IMG/VR virus record: IMGVR_UViG_3300021602_000010
Location: 1-52,533 of that record
DNA length: 52,533 nucleotides
Reading direction: 5' to 3' (one strand)
Origin: a virus
Lineage: Duplodnaviria > Caudoviricetes
Shown: positions 49,091-52,533 of the stretch, one piece after another
Layout: each line of letters starts with the position of its first letter
Position numbering within the stretch: position 1 is the stretch's first letter
Made by a program: the position numbers and the translations under genes
Notes under the pieces: generated by a model
Seen by the model: the letters and a program-made list of their open reading frames with translations, nothing else
Databases searched by the model: none
What the model was told of the DNA's origin: nothing

Positions 49091-49114
49091 AAAAGAAAAG
49101 ACACCGAAGTGTCT
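49091..49114 (-). terminator. Rho-independent terminator
   Basis: Minus strand AGACAC-TTCG-GTGTCT followed by TTTCTTTT; C(UUCG)G tetraloop immediately at the TAG of the upstream ORF. Confidence 0.8.
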
Positions 49115-49289
49115 AAAAGAATGGTAGTTTGCTTTCTTTCGTGGTCTTGAGGTTATCAGATATGATCTGATTTATTTGGTTTCGTTCCTCCATAGACATG
49201 TTCAACACATCCTCATAGGATACTCCACCCCGCATGTACCAAGAGCAAGTAAGAGCATTTTTCTTAATTGCAGTACACTCATCTTCCAT
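49113..49289 (-). CDS. Small hub/tail-assembly chaperone ORF (58 aa), probably the -1 frameshift extension of 49337..50164
   Basis: Not in the ORF track: MEDECTAIKKNALTCSWYMRGGVSYEDVLNMSMEERNQINQIISDNLKTTKESKLPFF*. Its frame is open back to the slippery site at 49349. Confidence 0.75.
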   Translation of the reverse strand: MEDECTAIKKNALTCSWYMRGGVSYEDVLNMSMEERNQINQIISDNLKTTKESKLPFF

Positions 49290-49336
49290 ATCATCTAATA
49301 GCTTCTGTACACCTTCGGGGTCAAGGTGCAGAAGCC

Positions 49337-50164
49337 TTACCCGAAAAAATCAGCGGCGTTTATTGAGAACGGCTGTGAGTATTCGTGACCGCAACTGATA
49401 CATTTCACCGGAAGTGGTTTTACCTCAGACTTAGTTTTAAGACTGGTATTGTGTGATCTGATTGCTTCAAACATATTCTTGTCACAGTTCTTCAGGAAGT
49501 CAAGAATGAAGTCCTTCTGATCTACGAATGAACTGGGAGTTTTGATATATTCAATGGTCTTAGATAGCAGATTCATTGTGACATCAGTGATAGTTTTCAG
49601 AGCCTCACGCTGCTTAGTTGTCTTTTCAGTGAGATTTTCCAGCGTGTCAATTGCTGCAAACATCTTCTGTAGTTCAAACTGACCAAGACCCACTTCAGTC
49701 ATTTCCTTGTAGGTCAGCGGACGTAGTTTAATCAGCAGATCATTCACAGCAAGTTCAGTGTCATAATCACCCGATTTGATTGAGGTTAATAGTCCTACAA
49801 GATTCACACCATATGTAGATGCTTCTTGGCAAGCCGGGCATGTCGTTTCAATTTCCATGTCATTGCCACCTGAGGCTGACTTGATTGCCAACAGCACAGT
49901 GTCAAGATCAACGCTGGATAGTCTCCACGGATCCTTGATATTCGGTACACAACTTGTGATAATTTCAACGATGGCACTGCCGTTGAATAACGCATCAGGC
50001 GTATTTACTGTGATTTCGTCAATGGCAGTCATCGGGAAGACCGGTAGTTCCCCTGCCTCTGGCACATCAATGACTCCTTCGGGATAATTTTTATACCCGC
50101 TTGGTAGTTTGATATAAATTGATGGGCGGCGAAAATATTGTCTTAGCGGATTGTTTTCAATCAT
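49337..50164 (-). CDS. gp26: Baseplate hub/tail assembly chaperone, T4 gp26/gp51-like
   Basis: NPLRQYFRRP.IYI.LPS, PMTA.DEI....PDAL.NG, D.D..LLAI..AS, two CxxC pairs (CPAC, CISC), C-terminal DFFG; adjacent to the tape-measure-like gene. Confidence 0.7.
   Translation of the reverse strand: MIENNPLRQYFRRPSIYIKLPSGYKNYPEGVIDVPEAGELPVFPMTAIDEITVNTPDALFNGSAIVEIITSCVPNIKDPWRLSSVDLDTVLLAIKSASGGNDMEIETTCPACQEASTYGVNLVGLLTSIKSGDYDTELAVNDLLIKLRPLTYKEMTEVGLGQFELQKMFAAIDTLENLTEKTTKQREALKTITDVTMNLLSKTIEYIKTPSSFVDQKDFILDFLKNCDKNMFEAIRSHNTSLKTKSEVKPLPVKCISCGHEYSQPFSINAADFFG
49343..49349 (-). promoter_or_regulatory. Putative -1 ribosomal frameshift slippery heptamer T TTT TTC
   Basis: GAT TTT TTC GGG TAA gives an in-frame X XXY YYZ one codon before the stop; the -1 frame stays open for 76 further codons. 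Confidence 0.7.
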
Positions 50165-50190
50165 TTTTGTTCCTTGGGTAAACAGTGATG

Positions 50191-50198
50191 TATTTAGT
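50191..50198 (-). promoter_or_regulatory. T4-type late promoter (ACTAAATA) for the gp26-like gene
   Basis: Upstream of the AAGGA SD and ATG 50164; divergent from the 50237 promoter. Confidence 0.6.
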
Positions 50199-50236
50199 GT
50201 ATGAAAAATAGGGTAAATTTAATGGTATTGTAAATG

Positions 50237-50244
50237 AATAAATA
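50237..50244 (+). promoter_or_regulatory. T4-type late promoter (AATAAATA) for the tape-measure-like gene
   Basis: 17 nt upstream of ATG 50262. Confidence 0.55.
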
Positions 50245-50261
50245 CATGAAAGAGCCCAAAT

Positions 50262-52533
50262 ATGTCAACACCTGAAGAAGTACAAGAACAAATACTGGCA
50301 TCCATACAGAGTATGGCTGATGCCATGTCAAACATCGTTCCTGCATTGACATCTATGGGAACACAAATTCAGCGACAAGCTGACATTACAAAAACCCAAT
50401 ACGATGAAGAAGTTATACGATTAGCGGACCTAAAAAAACAAGCAGACGAACGGAAAACGTTAGAGGGTGATCGACTCAAAGAAGAGGCTCTCAAAAACGG
50501 TCGGATAAAGGCATCGAGTGTAGAAGAGGCTCAGCGTAACAGGGAGCTAAGAAAACAATTCACGAATAGATTAGGGATTGAAGAGGAAATTAATCCTAGA
50601 TTAAAGGCGGTTCTTGACAACCGATCCACCATTGAACAAAAATTAGTTGACGCTGCCAAACGTCAATATGGTGATGACGTTTTTATCTCTGCACAACGAA
50701 ATAAGTTATACAGAGAACAAATAGCACAGTATAGCGCTGGGAATTTGGCATATGGCGGAGTTGTAACTCAGTTTAAAGACCTCAGCAAGGATCAGCAGAA
50801 AGCAATAGTAGACGCTGCCAAAACACAGAAAAAGTTAAAAGAAGAACAAGAAAAGTTCACACAAACTGTTCAAACGTTGGCAAACCCCGGTGAAACATTT
50901 AAAGGCATCACTGGCAAAGTTACATCATTATCAAGCGCATTAGAGTCTGGAAAAGATGGATTAATTAAAATGGCCGGCGGAGGGGTCGGGGCACAAATAG
51001 CATTTGAATCTATAGCAGTCGCCGGGAAGGCACTCGTTGCTTCCTTTATGTCAATGTCAACTGCTCTTTATGCTGGTCAGCGCGGAGCGGCAGTGGGAGT
51101 TAACGCAATGGCTGCTGCTGTAGGCAAGGTTACTCCACTTATGTATGGACTAGCCGGGGCACTATTTATTATGGGTGGTCCGATCCTTAAGATTCTAGGG
51201 GTTGCTGCCCTCGCTGCCACCGCCGCACTTGACCTGTATACTGAATCACAAAAAAAGGGAGCCGAACAGAACGATGCTCTATTCAAATCGTATAATGATC
51301 TGGCTCAAGCCGGTCTTGCCACAGCCGATGGATTAACCGGCTTGTTTGATATGACCCAAAAGTTGGGTCTAACTGTTAAGGAAATTGAAAAACTAGGTCC
51401 ATTACTAAAGGAACATGCCAAAGATTTAGCATTGATGGGAGGAACTGCATCTGAAGGTGCTAAGGCATTCGCTAATGTTGCTACGGAGCTGAAGAGGGCT
51501 GATATAGGAGAACGATTAGAAAGATTAGGTATAACTTCAGACCAACAACGGGAGCATACACTAAGTTACATGGCACAGCAAACAAGAATGGGGACATTAC
51601 TTAATAAGTCCCAAGCTGACCAAATTGCCGGTGCGAAAAATTATATGGAAGAACTGGATAAGATGGCGGCACTTACCGGAGCATCCAGAAAGGAACAAGA
51701 AGAAGCAAGAGAGGCCATGTTAGCGATTGATGCTGCTCGGGCAGGGTTAGATGAAGTTGCAGAACAAGCAAAGGCTGGTGTACCGGGTGCAGAGAAGCGA
51801 TTACAAGAAATGCAAGCTGGTATAAAACTTGCTTCACTGCTCCAAACACAAGGGTTAAACGTATTGGCTAAAGGACAGGCCCAGCTTTCTGGATCTGAAG
51901 GAACTCCGACTACTGCTGAATCAACTGCTGCATTTCAAAGTTTAAGTGGCAGTCACCGTGCGATTAAAGAAGGAAAGGGTGATGCTGAGATAGCGTTAGC
52001 TGCTGGTGTCTCAATGGAACAGGCGTCTAAGTTAATGCGGACTAACGCAAAGTATAACGGGGAAACTAGTGCGTTTCTTGGTGACACGTATGCAAAGGGA
52101 AGAGATTTTCAAATAAAAATGTCTAAGGCAGCGGAGTTGATGAAAAAAACTCCAGGGATGGACATTGACGCAGCACTAAAGCAAACCCAACTTGCAAAAG
52201 AAAACACCCCGGAACCACAATTAGCTGCAAACGTGAGTGCAGGGAGAACGCAACAGGCTGCAGCCATGCTTCAGGACAGTGCAATTAAACACTTTGACCA
52301 ATCAGCAATAATAAACAAAGCGGCCAGTGAGATGTTTGAATCAGCAGTTGTGTCCTTCAATAACACTGTTGGCGCAAAACTTCCGGTTGGTGGTACTCCG
52401 CAAGTAGGAACAAACCCAGGAAAGAAAGAAAACTCAACACCGGCTGCAACACCGATAGCATCAACTACTCCTGCTGTGTCACCAAAACCAACACCGGCTG
52501 CAACACCGATAGCATCAACTACTCCTGCTGTGT
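50262..52533 (+). CDS. Tape measure-like protein, 3' end outside window
   Basis: Not in the ORF track because it has no stop in the window. MSTPEEVQEQILASIQSMADAM..., helical Ala/Lys/Glu/Gln-rich sequence, hydrophobic Gly/Ala segment near 51100-51230, Y..ELDKMAALTGASRKEQ motif; next to the chaperone gene. Confidence 0.75.
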   Translation, partial: MSTPEEVQEQILASIQSMADAMSNIVPALTSMGTQIQRQADITKTQYDEEVIRLADLKKQADERKTLEGDRLKEEALKNGRIKASSVEEAQRNRELRKQFTNRLGIEEEINPRLKAVLDNRSTIEQKLVDAAKRQYGDDVFISAQRNKLYREQIAQYSAGNLAYGGVVTQFKDLSKDQQKAIVDAAKTQKKLKEEQEKFTQTVQTLANPGETFKGITGKVTSLSSALESGKDGLIKMAGGGVGAQIAFESIAVAGKALVASFMSMSTALYAGQRGAAVGVNAMAAAVGKVTPLMYGLAGALFIMGGPILKILGVAALAATAALDLYTESQKKGAEQNDALFKSYNDLAQAGLATADGLTGLFDMTQKLGLTVKEIEKLGPLLKEHAKDLALMGGTASEGAKAFANVATELKRADIGERLERLGITSDQQREHTLSYMAQQTRMGTLLNKSQADQIAGAKNYMEELDKMAALTGASRKEQEEAREAMLAIDAARAGLDEVAEQAKAGVPGAEKRLQEMQAGIKLASLLQTQGLNVLAKGQAQLSGSEGTPTTAESTAAFQSLSGSHRAIKEGKGDAEIALAAGVSMEQASKLMRTNAKYNGETSAFLGDTYAKGRDFQIKMSKAAELMKKTPGMDIDAALKQTQLAKENTPEPQLAANVSAGRTQQAAAMLQDSAIKHFDQSAIINKAASEMFESAVVSFNNTVGAKLPVGGTPQVGTNPGKKENSTPAATPIASTTPAVSPKPTPAATPIASTTPAV
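52435..52533 (+). repeat. 54-bp tandem repeat (18 aa TPAATPIASTTPAVSPKP), truncated by window end
   Basis: caacaccggctgcaacaccgatagcatcaactactcctgctgtgt occurs identically at 52435 and 52489. Confidence 0.9.

Noticed and set aside
48490-49104. Minus-strand ORFs 48490..48798 and 48853..49104
   Set aside because: No recognisable protein features, they lie downstream of a strong minus-strand terminator, and stem G-U pairs favour a + strand RNA.
1-52533. Alternative genetic code (stop codon reassignment), as seen in some large phages
   Set aside because: TAA, TAG and TGA all end genes at sensible positions, and very long ORFs are intact in the standard code.

Overview
This window is a 52.5 kb segment of a large T4-related myovirus (jumbo-phage-type) genome in the standard genetic code. 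From left to right it contains: (i) 1-9963, a tightly coupled minus-strand operon of GT-A-like glycosyltransferases, an SGNH-like protein and three radical SAM enzymes, whose left ~7.5 kb is visibly more AT-rich than the rest; (ii) 10012-42465, a minus-strand tail/baseplate module with fibre-like proteins, a 5807-aa giant virion protein, and gp6-, gp25-, gp5-, gp53- and tube-initiator-like genes; (iii) 42584-48444, late sigma factor gp55 and the gp47/gp46 (Mre11/Rad50-like) nuclease, interspersed with HNH and GIY-YIG endonuclease genes; (iv) ~48490-49055, a non-coding, hairpin-dense region that looks like a + strand structured RNA or a replication origin; (v) a gp26-like hub/tail chaperone gene with an apparent programmed -1 frameshift, and a divergent tape-measure-like gene running off the right edge. 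NNTAAATA late promoters precede many genes. The most interesting observations are the candidate large ncRNA next to a catalytic-domain-only GIY-YIG nuclease, the G/GT-style frameshift, the late-expressed glycosyltransferase/radical SAM operon, and hairpins occluding the start codons of two homing endonucleases. All family assignments come from motif recognition by eye; no database searches were run.
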